Assembly (NCBI RefSeq): GCF_009914755.1
Contig: NC_060935.1
Strand: one strand, 5' to 3'
Source: the human T2T-CHM13v2.0 reference genome, Homo sapiens
DNA: 64,000 nt
Under the pieces are notes generated by a model, which searched no databases, was not told the DNA's origin, and saw nothing but the letters and a program-made list of their open reading frames with translations. This document shows, piece after piece, positions 1 through 12,377 of the stretch. Position 1 is the stretch's first letter; every line of letters begins with the position of its first letter. The translations under genes and the position numbers were made by a program.

Positions 1-1156
1 GAAAACAACCAGTGTAAAAGTCTTTAGATGAAAATGTCTGTGAGGTATTTGAAGAACCGGGAGGAGGCCAATAAAATAGAACAGAATGAGTGAGGGAGGG
101 AGCAGTTGTCAGGAGGGCAGATGAGTGGCAGAGGCCACAGGTGGTGAGGCCTGCAGAGCAGAAGGCTTTGGCTTTGACTGGGTGGATGAGGAACCACTGA
201 ATCATGCTGCCCGGCACCGAAGAGGCGTGTGATAAAAATACTTTAAAAGAATGTGAAGTTTTGTTTTCAAAATCTCCAGTTGGCAGAAGCTACTTCCTCT
301 CTCTGAAGATTGTTATTTCTATGCCATCAGCAGGCCCTGGGCATCATGACAGTGCAGGGGCCACAGGTGGCAGGACTTGGCACACCTGTACCAGTCAACT
401 CAGACCTTAAAGTGCTTCTGTGGCCAAAAATGCAGACAAATTGTATGTCCAAATTTTTAAGTCTGTCCTATAGGCAATTTTGATCAGTAAATGGTACAGC
501 CAGGGCTACAGGAGGAGAAATGAGGGCCAGTACAAATCCAGATCTAACTGCCCCTCATCAAGGTGACAGCAAGGATGAGAATGGGAAGTTTGTGACCAGA
601 CGGCTGAATTGCTGCTCTAAAGAACAGTTGTAAAAACCAAATATAAAGTCTAATACAGGAGTTCTTTAAGTGAGATAGGCTAAACGTGGCCCATCATCTC
701 TCTGAAGCTATAAGCAAAAGTATGGTATGTGTGTGTATGAATGTGCAATAATAATTTTTCAGGGAGAAAGGTTCATGGTTTTTATTGATGTCTCAAGAAA
801 CTTTTAGCATTGTTTATGAAACTGGGTTTTTTTCTAATTTTAATTCGATTTACTTGTGTTCAGTAGCTATTTATTGAAGAAATAAATACAGCAGTCTTTG
901 TATTTGCAGTCTCCCTGGATAGATAAGATGTAAACATGGGGAAAAATAAATTACAAATCTACAATCAAGTTTTGGACCAATCTAGAAATGATTATTCCTC
1001 ACAAATCTATCTTTATTTACAATGAAGGAAGGTTCAATAAGAGGTACAAGGAGGTAAAAGATGTATACCTTACTTTTAGTAATATATGATTGATAAGAAG
1101 AATGATTGGTAAGAAAATGATTGCATACCTGCAACTTTTTAAAAAAGGACAATATA

Positions 1157-1502
<346 letters not shown>

Positions 1503-1619
1503 TCAGAAAGAAAGAAAAAAGATTAATTTGGTGTAATCAAGAAGACTTCATGGAAAAGGTAGAGCAGAGCTGAGCATGGGGGAAGACAGTACCGAATAAT
1601 TCAGACAGGCTCAGCAGTC

Positions 1620-1790
1620 AATGTGCTGCAGTAAATTCCCAGATCTGCCTCTTAGGAATTGTGTGACCTTGGATACCTGATATCTTTATGTCTCTGGGAC
1701 TCAATCCAGTTGTAGGAGGATTACATGAAACAATAAATGTAAAGTGTTCAGAACATGACCAAGCACATAATTCATGCCTAATAAATGGTT
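1620..1790 (+). mobile_element. MIR SINE fragment
   Basis: MIR core tgtgtgaccttgg ... ttgtaggaggatt ... aataaatggt. Confidence 0.65.
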
Positions 1791-2210
1791 TTATCTTCAC
1801 CAATTCCTTTACCCGTAACTGGGATGACCCAAGCAGAGAACTGATCCATCTGAAAAAGCAGCTACTGACATCACAGTTAAAGTATTGTTTTTCTAATAGT
1901 CTTTTAGAGGCCCTCAGAGATGCTAATGCATGATTAAGCAGCTGTACTTTCTGAAGAATTCTTCTTGGGCCACCCCAGTAAATTCCCCAAATACCTCAAA
2001 ACAGGGCGTTTCACTAAGGGCCTTGCACTCCAGTTATTCTAGTATATGTCAGAATCTTCATGACCCACCTCCTGCTTCAGATGTGTGCCTGAATGACAAC
2101 GATGGATCTCAGCAAAATTGACAATAAATAAGCAGGGGCAGCAATGACAGTAATGTTTCACACGTCTGAAAGTGAAGAAGTAATTTTAAATGGCTGTTTT
2201 CTTTTTTCAG

Positions 2211-2348
2211 GTGATCCAGATCATGGTTGGATTGATGCACATTGGTTTTGGAATTGTTTTGTGTTTAATATCCTTCTCTTTTAGAGAAGTATTAGGTTTT
2301 GCCTCTACTGCTGTTATTGGTGGATACCCATTCTGGGGTGGCCTTTCT
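2211..2348 (+). CDS. MS4A12: MS4A12 internal coding exon (TM1 to start of TM2; VIQIMVG...GYPFWGGLS); upstream exons lie outside the window
   Basis: Acceptor ttttttcag| and donor |gtgagt; 138 nt, phase 0; CD20-family motifs IQIMxG and GYPFWG; the spliced peptide matches MS4A12 as I recall it. Confidence 0.96.
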
Positions 2349-2376
2349 GTGAGTAGATTGCTAGAACACCACTCCT

Positions 2377-2545
2377 TCTTGGTTTATAAAGTATTCCCTC
2401 TTGGTTTATAAAGTATTGCTATCTCCAGACAATTCACAACTCATTTCTTGATAAAGCCCTACATCTGAGGGCTGGAGAATTTAGAAAAATTAACAGCTCT
2501 GAATGAGGGCTGGAGAATTTAGAAAAATTAACAGCTCTGAATGAG
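2377..2545. repeat. Two adjacent tandem duplications (22-bp period at 2377-2417; 38-bp unit x2 at 2466-2541)
   Basis: tcttggtttataaagtatt twice; tgagggctggagaatttagaaaaattaacagctctgaa twice. Confidence 0.95.
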
Positions 2546-2732
2546 CATGAAAAAATCGGGAACTCTTTCGCCATTTTACCTAGGAGCTTATTCCATTCTT
2601 TAAAATTTAATCATGTAATCAGCAAGCCAAAGTTTTGATATCCTACTACATTTGAGATGGAAATGTATGTATTGGGTGGAGAGAGAGAGAAAAGAAAAGG
2701 TGATTGGAAACATGATTAAAAATATGCAAGTA

Positions 2733-2860
2733 AGCCAGGCATAGTGGTGTGTGATTTTAGTCCCAGCTACTTGGGAGGCTGAGGCCAGGGAATTGCTTGA
2801 GTTCAAGAGATGGAGGCCAGCCTGGGCAATATAGTGAGACTCAATCTCTAAAAAAATTTT
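2733..2860 (+). mobile_element. FLAM / old Alu monomer
   Basis: Single diverged Alu monomer with an A-rich tail. Confidence 0.75.
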
Positions 2861-3127
2861 TTAATTAAAAAAATGCAATTGATTATGAGAAGGGATGGAG
2901 CAGTAAGCCTCAGAACAAGGAATGCTTAAACATTGTGAGTTCTTCATAGGCCAGAAAAGAAGTCAAGGACATATGACTGAGAGTTACTCCAGAAAATTCA
3001 GAAGTGCGAGAGAAAATTTTGAGAAGGAAACTAGATGAACATAAATAGACCAACCTTTCATATAAAGAGAAATTCCCAAGCACAACCAGTTAACCCATTT
3101 CACAAATAAATTTGTCCATTTCCACAG

Positions 3128-3184
3128 TTTATTATCTCTGGCTCTCTCTCTGTGTCAGCATCCAAGGAGCTTTCCCGTTGTCTG
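3128..3184 (+). CDS. MS4A12: MS4A12 coding exon (FIISGSLSVSASKELSRCL)
   Basis: tttccacag| and |gtaagt; 57 nt, phase 0; FIISGSLS is the typical MS4A TM2 motif. Confidence 0.96.
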
Positions 3185-4845
3185 GTAAGTTAGACTGTCT
3201 CTACTTTTTGAACCCCTTTAAAGATTAGCTTAACATATTGGGGAGGAAAATTGAAAAGCTGGATTTGGGAAATGCAAAAGGGAGCACCTTTCCCAAAAAA
3301 AATCTATTGGTTGCCTTATGGTCTGAGCGCTGGGGTGAGAAAATGGTCCACACAGTTTGCCACTAAGAAATGGCAGAGCTCCATATCCTGACTCTTGAAT
3401 TCACAAAGGTGAGAAGTAGTAAAAATCAGGGTTGTTTAAGCTTTAACCTAAAAGCTCCCTGGTTCAGTCTGGTCACACTCTATTATGGGAAGTCCAAAGG
3501 AGAATCCAGGAGCCAGGAAATACATACTAGACACATCAGTTACCAAGTCTCTACTGTTCATTTGCCACTTCTCAGCTCTGTCTTGTATTTTTATTTTTTT
3601 ATTTGTGCTATTTCCTACTCTTACACAGGTTGTGTGTTTTACAATTCTTTAAATTGCCATTAAATGAGTCTAGCTTGTTCTGTAAGAAGAGTTTATAAAA
3701 ATGATGAGTAAGACTGGACTTTGAGCTCTGTCGGTCACAGCACCCCACCTATTCCAATTTCGTGGTCTACTATTGAACCAGGAAAAAGAAAGTGATTTAT
3801 CAAGAACTAGAGTCAACTAGAGCAGAGGTGGTGTCAAGATTATACGTAATCCAGTACAAGAAAGAAGAACGGGGAAAGAGGAACACAGAATCATGTAGCT
3901 CATGCTCTTGCAGACAAAAGAAGAATAAAATAATTAAATCAAATTAAAATAAAATAAGCCTAATTCTGATTAACCACTCCTGTTGCAGTCCAAAAACAAA
4001 ATAAAGCACCCTTTCTCTGCATCTTTTAAGGATCCTTCCGTCTAATTGAGATTGTCGAAGCATAGATTCCACCTCTTAGAGGAGACAGCCACTGACCCAT
4101 ACCTAAGACAATTTTTCTAAGAGCTTTTAGAGAACTTCAGGAGGCTCTAAGGCACGCTGCAGCACAAGCACATTCTAAAGAACTCGACTGTGCCACCCCT
4201 AGCAAGTCACCTGCGGACTTGGTTTCACAATTATTCTTCTGCATGTTAAAATCCTATTGTAGAAACTGGGGAAAGTTTTGTAGTCGCCCATACACCTCTG
4301 CCCACAAAAGCCTAAATTTTCTCCTTCTAAATTTGGGGGTTCATATTTAGTCCCCAGAGAGACTTAGGGTTTTCATTAATTCCTAAATTTTTCAGCAAAC
4401 ATGTTGTGTCTAAATACTTTCCCATCTATAAAATCATATGCTATCGTACTACCTCATTCAAAGGCTGTAAGAGTTGAGATAATTTAAATAATTTAACACA
4501 GTGTCTGACACAGAAAAATGCTCATTAGAAGTTTGTTTTTTCATTTTTTTATAAAGAAAATATAGTTGTTATTGTGCATGAAGCTTTTAGTAAAATCCAA
4601 TAGATGAGTGCCTGCTTTATATGATTTACATTTTTCTACAGCTTTTTAGAAGTACCCTACATCTAGGCTGCATACAGAATAATGTTTATGGTAATTACCC
4701 AGAAGGGCAGAAAACAGAATAATTTCAACTTGAAAAATTGTTTTGAAAGTTCAAAAATTAAGAACCATGAAATTTGATTGATTCTTATCTCACTTAACTT
4801 CAGTGATCCTGTATATAATTGATTTTTTCCTGCCATCTCCATTAG

Positions 4846-4962
4846 GTGAAAGGCAGCCTGGGAATGAACATTGTTAGTTCTATCTTGGCCTTCATTGGAG
4901 TGATTCTGCTGCTGGTGGATATGTGCATCAATGGGGTAGCTGGCCAAGACTACTGGGCCGTG
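4846..4962 (+). CDS. MS4A12: MS4A12 coding exon (TM3; VKGSLGMNIVSS...QDYWAV)
   Basis: ctccattag| and |gtaagt; 117 nt, phase 0; GSLGMN motif. Confidence 0.96.
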
Positions 4963-6203
4963 GTAAGTATCCCATACTCCACCATGTGCCTGCTCTTTTT
5001 TCAGTCCCGTAAAGTGGGTCTATGTTTTATTTCTTAATACCGTATACCAGCTCTAGTGGAAAATGTTTTTTCTATTCTAGCCCCACCCCTAGTCATATGA
5101 TCTCTAGGACTATAGAATAAAGTGAGAGGGTTACCTCTACAGATAGACCGAGGCTTAAAGGACATCCTTTATTGGCCCATCTCACTGTTAATCACATGAA
5201 CAATGGGGAAGGGTTTGGATAGGCCTCCATGGCTTCTAAAATTGTCCAAAAATTATTTTCCCAACATTTGAAATTCTATATAAATAAGGTAGTCAAGCTA
5301 TTGAGTGTTTTTTGTTAAACTTCAGAGTAAAGTATGAAGTGAGAGGGAAATGACAGGGATAAGAACATCTGATTTTTACAGAGAAACCCAAGGAATGAAG
5401 CAATTGCAAAATGAAGCACGTATCTCTGAATGTGCTCAAAACACAATCACACATTCATTAGCCTTATATAGCCAAGCATGGACTCTGACCTTAAGAGGAA
5501 ATGGGTGGCCCAAGGGCAGGAATGCTTACCATCTATAAGGAATGGAGCAACATGGTATAAAATGAGGTTGGGCTGGAAGCTGTCATCCTACCTCAATGGC
5601 CACATTAACCATTTTGGTCTTCATTCTGTGAGCAATGGAAAACCACAGAAGAGTGGTTTTATTGGTTTCATTTTATTTTATGTTGGGGTTGGTTTTGCTT
5701 TTGCTTTTCAGTTTACAAAAAGCAGAGTTTATTAAATTACTGTGGGCTACATATATCTTAAGAAAGACACAGAATGACTTCCTTATCTATCTAGAACATA
5801 TTAACATTAAGACAATATCACAATATTTTGAACAAATAACCACAATAACATTTCCTTTATCAGTTCACTCAATACTGTGTAAGTAATTCTATTTCACTGG
5901 ATCTCGGAGTGGCAGGCTTATGAAGCCATCTGCTTCTCAACTAAAGGGTTCTGAAATCCTGACTCCAACCATTGGTATAATCTGAAAGTTGTCTAGGCAC
6001 TCCCATCAGATGCGTGTCCCCTAGAGTATGTTCTTTGAAGTGTCAATAGTTTGAATTGCTGGCACACTCTTTTTCCACCAAGCTCTGAGACAATCCTTTG
6101 TTAAAAACATAGGAGAGTTTTAGGCCGGGAATTTGAATGATCACTTTTGTGCTTGGAAAGGACAACACTGTTTGCAGTGTAAGGAAAAGCTTATATAAGA
6201 AGG

Positions 6204-6564
6204 TGTATTAGTTTGTTTTCACACTGCTGATAAAGAAATACCAAAGACTGAGAAGAAAAAGGGGTTTAATGAGCTTACAGTTCCACATGGCTGGGGAGGC
6301 CTCACAATCATGGCAGAAGGCAAGGAGGAGCAAGTCACATCTTATATGGATGGGGGCAGGCAAAAAAAATAGAGCTTGTGCAGGGCAACTCCTGTTTTTT
6401 AAAACCATCAGATCTCATGAGACCCATTCACTATCACAAGAACAGCATGGGAAAGACCCACCCCATAATTCAATCATCTCCCACCAGGTTCCTCCCACAA
6501 CAAGTGGGAATTATGGGAGCTACAAGATGAGATTTGGGTGGGGACACAGAGCCAAACCGTATCA
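6204..6564 (-). mobile_element. THE1 (MaLR) solo LTR in an MS4A12 intron, antisense
   Basis: tgtattag ... aaccgtatca is the reverse complement of a THE1 LTR; near-TSD gaagg/ggagg. Confidence 0.9.
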
Positions 6565-7871
6565 GGAGGCAAAAATAGATGAGAAAGCTTCTCGGTAAAT
6601 AAGGCAGAGTGAAGCAAGAACAAAATTCACCCTCCAAAATACCAAACAAAAGAACAAAAACTATTCAAAAAAAACAGCTTTCAAACTGGCATCCAAGTAG
6701 AGAAACAAATCATTCTGATGCTACTCAAAGCTGAAAAAAAGCACAGCTTTTAGACCTGGCTCTTGTTTCCCTACAAACAAAACTGAGGAAAGAAGGGAAG
6801 CCAAAAAAAAATACTGAGAAGTCTCACTAACACTCTCCAGTCTGTAGCTGAGAAGGCTGGGGTGGAGAGCAGTCAATTCTGTGAAAGGATAAAGCAAATC
6901 CTGTATGGTACAAGACCATGAGTAGTACCCAGGACCTCAGGAGACAGAAGAAAGGGCAACACCTTCCCATACCCTGCATGGTACCCTACTACCAGCAGGG
7001 AATGAGCAGAAATGCACAGGAATGCACAGGAATAAACCTCCAGCCAAGGAGCAGGCCTCCATACTAAGCATTTAGCAGGCTCTCAGAAGACAGAAAAAGT
7101 GAAGTCCATCCTCGCTAGCAAGAACTGTGCTCGAAGCCAGCTAAGCTATCTCTCTCCCTGCAACAGCTATATATGTTCACATTCAGAAACATGGATATAA
7201 AACAACCGCTAGGGCTCAAGTTGTAATGGAAGCAAGGAAGACAAATGGGAGCCAAATAAACAGAAGTGTCAATGAAGGAAAATTCACCTACACTGTACCT
7301 GATCAAATAGAAGGCCTGTATAGAGTTCAAGTGAGCTTAATACTTTTATTTAAAATAGAAATAACATGATTCCATTCTTATAGAATGATGCTCCTCTCTC
7401 TTGGTTATTCTCTTTTTTCCCTCTCACGGCATCTTTCCACACATCCATTCTTCTGCCTTTTCCCTGTACACAGAGAGCTAGGATAATAGTCATCAAACAT
7501 TAATTTTGGTTATTTCTAAACACTGGCATTTGGAATGATCCGTTGGTTTCTGTATTGCTTGACTTTTTTAATGAGTAGTAACATTTGTATTAAAAAAAAC
7601 AACGAGGCCATCACAAAGGAAAAAAACTACCTTCTTTCTAATATTTCTAAACAAAATAGCCTACTTACCAAAAGGAAAGACTTCTGGCATTTTAAAGAAA
7701 ATCCAAAATAAATTCACACTCCTCTGGAACAAGCATTTGATGATACTGGAAGAATAAGCATGGAGCGAGTTGAGTATAAGCAATAGCACATTTGATGAGT
7801 CAATAACTTTTTGAAGCCCACGTGAGGCCCTCCTGATTAGCCAAAATTTCACTATTTATTTATGATTTCAG

Positions 7872-7982
7872 CTTTCTGGAAAAGGCATTTCAGCCACGCT
7901 GATGATCTTCTCCCTCTTGGAGTTCTTCGTAGCTTGTGCCACAGCCCATTTTGCCAACCAAGCAAACACCACAACCAATATG
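7872..7982 (+). CDS. MS4A12: MS4A12 coding exon (TM4; LSGKGISATLMIFSLLEF...TTTNM)
   Basis: gatttcag| and |gtgagt; 111 nt, phase 0; IFSLLEF motif. Confidence 0.96.
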
Positions 7983-8163
7983 GTGAGTTGGGTCTCTTCT
8001 TTGTAAAATAATCTGAAAATGCCCTGGAGAAATACAGACTTGTGTCTGCTAAATCCTACTATCAGCTTACCAGAATGCTCTTTGTCCTTCACTCTGATGG
8101 TACCAGGGGAAATTGCATAGGATTGTAGTAACCATATTGCTTGTTTTTATTCATTCTTTCCAG

Positions 8164-8268
8164 TCTGTCCTGGTTATTCCAAATATGTATGAAAGCAACC
8201 CTGTGACACCAGCGTCTTCTTCAGCTCCTCCCAGATGCAACAACTACTCAGCTAATGCCCCTAAATAG
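8164..8268 (+). CDS. MS4A12: MS4A12 last coding exon (SVLVIPNMYE...ANAPK*)
   Basis: ttctttccag|; stop TAG 8266-8268 followed directly by TAA. Confidence 0.95.
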   Translation, partial: SVLVIPNMYESNPVTPASSSAPPRCNNYSANAPK

Positions 8269-8550
8269 TAAAAGAAAAAGGGGTATCAGTCTAATCTCAT
8301 GGAGAAAAACCACTTGCAAAAACTTCTTAAGAAGATGTCTTTTATTGTCTACAATGATTTCTAGTCTTTAAAAACTGTGTTTGAGATTTGTTTTTAGGTT
8401 GGTCGCTAATGATGGCTGTATCTCCCTTCACTGTCTCTTCCTACATTACCACTACTACATGCTGGCAAAGGTGAAGGATCAGAGGACTGAAAAATGATTC
8501 TGCAACTCTCTTAAAGTTAGAAATGTTTCTGTTCATATTACTTTTTCCTT

Positions 8551-8556
8551 AATAAA
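8551..8556 (+). terminator. MS4A12: Probable MS4A12 polyadenylation signal AATAAA
   Basis: First AATAAA after the stop (~280 nt), with T-rich sequence downstream. Confidence 0.75.
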
Positions 8557-10149
8557 ATGTCATTAGAAACAAAAGCCTTTTTCAGTATGTTTAAAAAATT
8601 AATTTTGATTTGATATTGGTTGTAGAGCAGTAGATCTGATCTATACTCCAAGAAGATTGATAAACCTTTGATGATGATTTTTCTAGGTGTCCAGTCACTG
8701 GAGTTCCCTAACTCATCTCCTCCTCATCTTTCTGTTCAGAAAGCAAGTGTCCAATTGCCCTTGTTGGAGGTCATATTATTCTATACATTAATATCATCAA
8801 ACATCTTGCCTCTTAACTATCATCTACAAAATTTTGCTATTTACAGAGTATTTTCATGTACATTAAACTCACCTGCAATGGGACAACAGTCAGACAGGGA
8901 TGCTGCATTGAGGGGTTTTCATTTGAGTTTTGGCTTTTTGTTTTTGAATTGTTGGCACATTTATAAGCCAATTAGAACAATCAAGGTAAGACAGAAGGGA
9001 TGAATGACAGTGTAAGTTTCAAGAAATCAAAAGCACAGATGGAAAACATCACCTAAGTCATGAAAAAGGGCAGTTTCTCTACAAAATAGAAAGGTATAAT
9101 TATCACAGATATCCACAGCTTTGCAATAGTGGCAGTGAGGATCCGATGTGATGGCTCATGTCATCCCTGTCAAAGCAGTAGTGATGTCATGCCTAAGGTA
9201 AGGGCACAGGTAGAGTCAGAATGTTGAACAGAATGGTAACAAGGGAAAAGTCATGGAACTGGAGAATAAAGTGGTCGGAGAAACAGGATTGCCAAGCGGT
9301 ACAGAAGGCACATTTGAGGATGTGGTAACTAATTCAGAGTATGGACAAATGCTTCTGCAAGGCCTTGCTGCTAGATCCAGGCAAACTACGGATCCAGGAA
9401 ACTATTTGATTTTTTCCAGGGTTAAGATTTTGCTAGAGGAGATGACAAAATAGCAGAAGAGCAAGAAAGCTTAGGACATTGTAAAAAATATTATTTAAAT
9501 GATGGACTGTGGAATCTAAACTGGATAAGGAAGGAATAATGGTAATAATAAAAGCAATAATAAAGAAAAAAGACAGATTGATCATAAATGGAGAAATCTG
9601 CCTTTTCTCCGGGAGCTGTCGTGACAATCAAATGAGATAATGTTATATGAATATGGTTTAAAAATAGCAAAGTATTGTCCCTTTTTGAAATTTTAATATT
9701 ATTAAAGAAGCCAGAAGGGAAAAATATAACAAAAAGAGTAGGCAGAGAAATCAAAATCAGGGAAGAGGAAGATTAGAAGAACAGAATTTTTGCATCTGGG
9801 AAAGCAGATGTATTATGTCAGGCAAGAGTCATATAATTTCAACGTCATTGGTCTGCCTAGGTCCCAACTATTCAGCAACTGGGTGATTGGAAATGCTGTG
9901 TCCTTCACCATAAAGCTCAACAGCTCAGCAAAAGTGAAGACATAGATTTCATGGTCTAAGGGTCTGGAAAATAAATGGTGCCTCAAAATGTGGGGGAGGG
10001 GATGGTATATTGTATATCTATACACGTAAAATAAACAAATATAAAAGTCACTTACTTTAGGGAACAGAAGCATTTCCAGCAAAGTTCATTTTTTAAGTAA
10101 ATTTCTATCAAATATATTCTATTTTTCAAATTGCTTTAATAATAGTAAT

Positions 10150-10360
10150 AATAACAGCATATATTTAGCCCATTCTTTGTACCACTCACGTTCCAAGCAC
10201 TGTTTCAATGCTCATGACAACCACCTGTGAGGCAGGTGGATCATTTTCAGATGAAAAAACTTTGGCAGAAAAGTTAAAAATCTTGTCCTAAGATATGTAG
10301 CTAGCAAATGGTGAAGCATGGATTTGAACCCAGGCAGTATGTTTCCCAGGTCCGGGCAGT
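10150..10360 (-). mobile_element. MIR SINE
   Basis: cattttcagatgaaaaaact ... ggatttgaacccaggcag. Confidence 0.7.
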
Positions 10361-10758
10361 TGCCCTAACCATTATTCCCACTATTCTTATGGTCTTGGAT
10401 AGAATCAGACACTTGTAATGCCAAAACAAACAGAAATGTTTCTCTATAGTAAGCTTGTAATAAATTTGGAAGACATTGCCTTATTCTCTGAGAGAGGAGA
10501 TTTAGTAACATAATAATACAGTTGACACTTAAACAACATGAGTTTGAACTGCGTGGCTCCACTAATGTGCATATTTTTTCAATGTGGGAAAAGTCATGGA
10601 AACGGAGAATAAACTGATCAGAGAAACAGAGGATTACCAAGCTATACTGAGGGTACATTTGAGGGGGTTTTAGCAAATTTATACTATGAACAAATTTCTC
10701 CAGCTGGGCCTGTGATCTGAGACCCTAGAAGGTGACTGGAATAGAAATATGATATTGC

Positions 10759-12377
10759 CCTCTCCCTCTCCCTCCCCCTCCCCCTCCCTCATGCCCAGCC
10801 GAGGCTGGACTGTACTGCCGCCATCTCGACTCACTGCCACCTCCCTGCCTGATTCTCCTGCCTCAGCCTGCCAAGTGCCTGGGATTGCAGGCATGTGCCG
10901 CCACGTCTGACTGGTTTTCATATTTTTTGGTGGAGACCAGGTTTCGCCGTGTTGGCCGGTCTGGTCTCCAGCTCCTGACCGGGAGTGATCTGCCAGCCTC
11001 GGCCTCCCGAGGTGCCAGGATTGTAGACAGAGTCTCGCTCACTCAGTGCTCAATGCTGCCCAGGCTGGTGTGCAGTGGCGTGATCTCAGCTCGCTACAAC
11101 CTCCACCTCCCAGCCGCCTGCCTTGGCCTCCCAAAGTGCTGAGATGGCAGCCTCTGCCTGGCTGCCACCCCGTCTAGGAAGTGAGGAGCGTCTCTGCCTG
11201 GCCGCCCATCATCTGGGATGTGAGGAGCCCCTCTGCCCGGCCGCCCAGTCTGGGAAGTGAGGAGCACCTCTTCCCGGCCGTCATCCTGTCTAGGAAGTGA
11301 GGAGCATCTCTGCCCGGCCGCCCATCGTCTGGGATGTGGGGAGCACCTCTGCCCCGCCGCCCCGTCTGAGATGTGAAGAGCGCCTCTGCCCGGCTGCGAC
11401 CCCGTCTGGGAACTGAGGAGTGTCTCTGCCCCACCGCCACCCCATCTGGGAGGTGAGGAGCGTCTCTGACCGGCTGCCCCGTCTGAGAAGTGAGGAGCCC
11501 CTCCGCCCAGCAGCCACCCCATCTGGGAAGTGAGGAGCCCCTCCGCCTGGCAGCTGCCCCGTCTGGGAAGTGAGGAGCATCTCTGCCCGGCAGCTGCCCC
11601 ATCTGGGAGGTGGGGGGCAGCCCCTGCCCGGCCAGCCGCCCCATCCGGAGGTAGGGGGCAACCCCCGCCCGGCCAGCCGCCCTGTCTGGGAGGTGGGGGC
11701 CAGCCCCCGCCCGGCCGCCGCCCCATCTGGGAGGTTGGGGGGCGCCTCTGCCTGGCCGCCCCGTCTGGGAAGTGAGGAGCCCCTCTGCCCAGCCGCCACC
11801 CCGTCTGGGAGGTGTACCAACAGCTCATTGAGAACGGGCCATGATGACGATGGCGGTTTTGTCGAATAGAAAAGGGGGAAATGTGGGGAAAAGAAAGAGA
11901 GATCAGATTGTTACTGTGTCTGTGTAGAAAGAAGTAGACATAGGAGACTCCATTGTGTTCTGTACTAAGAAAAATTCTTCTGCCTTGGGATGCTGTTAAT
12001 CTATGACCTTACCCCCAACCCGGTGCTCTCTGAAACATGTGCTGTGTCCACTCAGGGTTAAATGGATTAAGGGCGGTGCAAGATGTGCTTTGTTAAACAG
12101 ATGCTTGAAGGCAGCATGCTCCTTAAGAGTCATCACCACTCCCTAATCTCAAATACCCAGGGACACAAACACTGCGGAAGGCGGCAGGGCCCTCTGCCTA
12201 GGAAAACCAGAGACCTTTGTTCACATGTTTATCTGCTGACCTTCCCTCCACTATTGTCCTATGACCCTGCCAAATCCCCCTCTGCCAGAAACACCCAAGA
12301 ATGATCAATAAATACTAAAAAAATAAAAATAAAAAAATAAAATAAATGAGCAGATGTACAGAAGAAAGAAAAAAAAA
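10759..12377 (+). mobile_element. SVA retrotransposon, near full length, probably an older subfamily
   Basis: CCCTCT hexamers, antisense Alu-like domain, GC-rich VNTR (~11150-11815), SINE-R, AATAAA and A tail; 16-bp TSD AGAAATATGATATTGC at 10743-10758 and 12378-12393. Confidence 0.97.

Noticed and set aside
10300-10350. tRNA B-box-like sequence (reverse of GGTTCAAATCC)
   Set aside because: Part of a tRNA-derived MIR head; no cloverleaf.
11094-11869. Several overlapping 80-244 aa ORFs
   Set aside because: They come from the GC-rich SVA VNTR, which has few stop codons; the peptides are repetitive and there is no gene structure.
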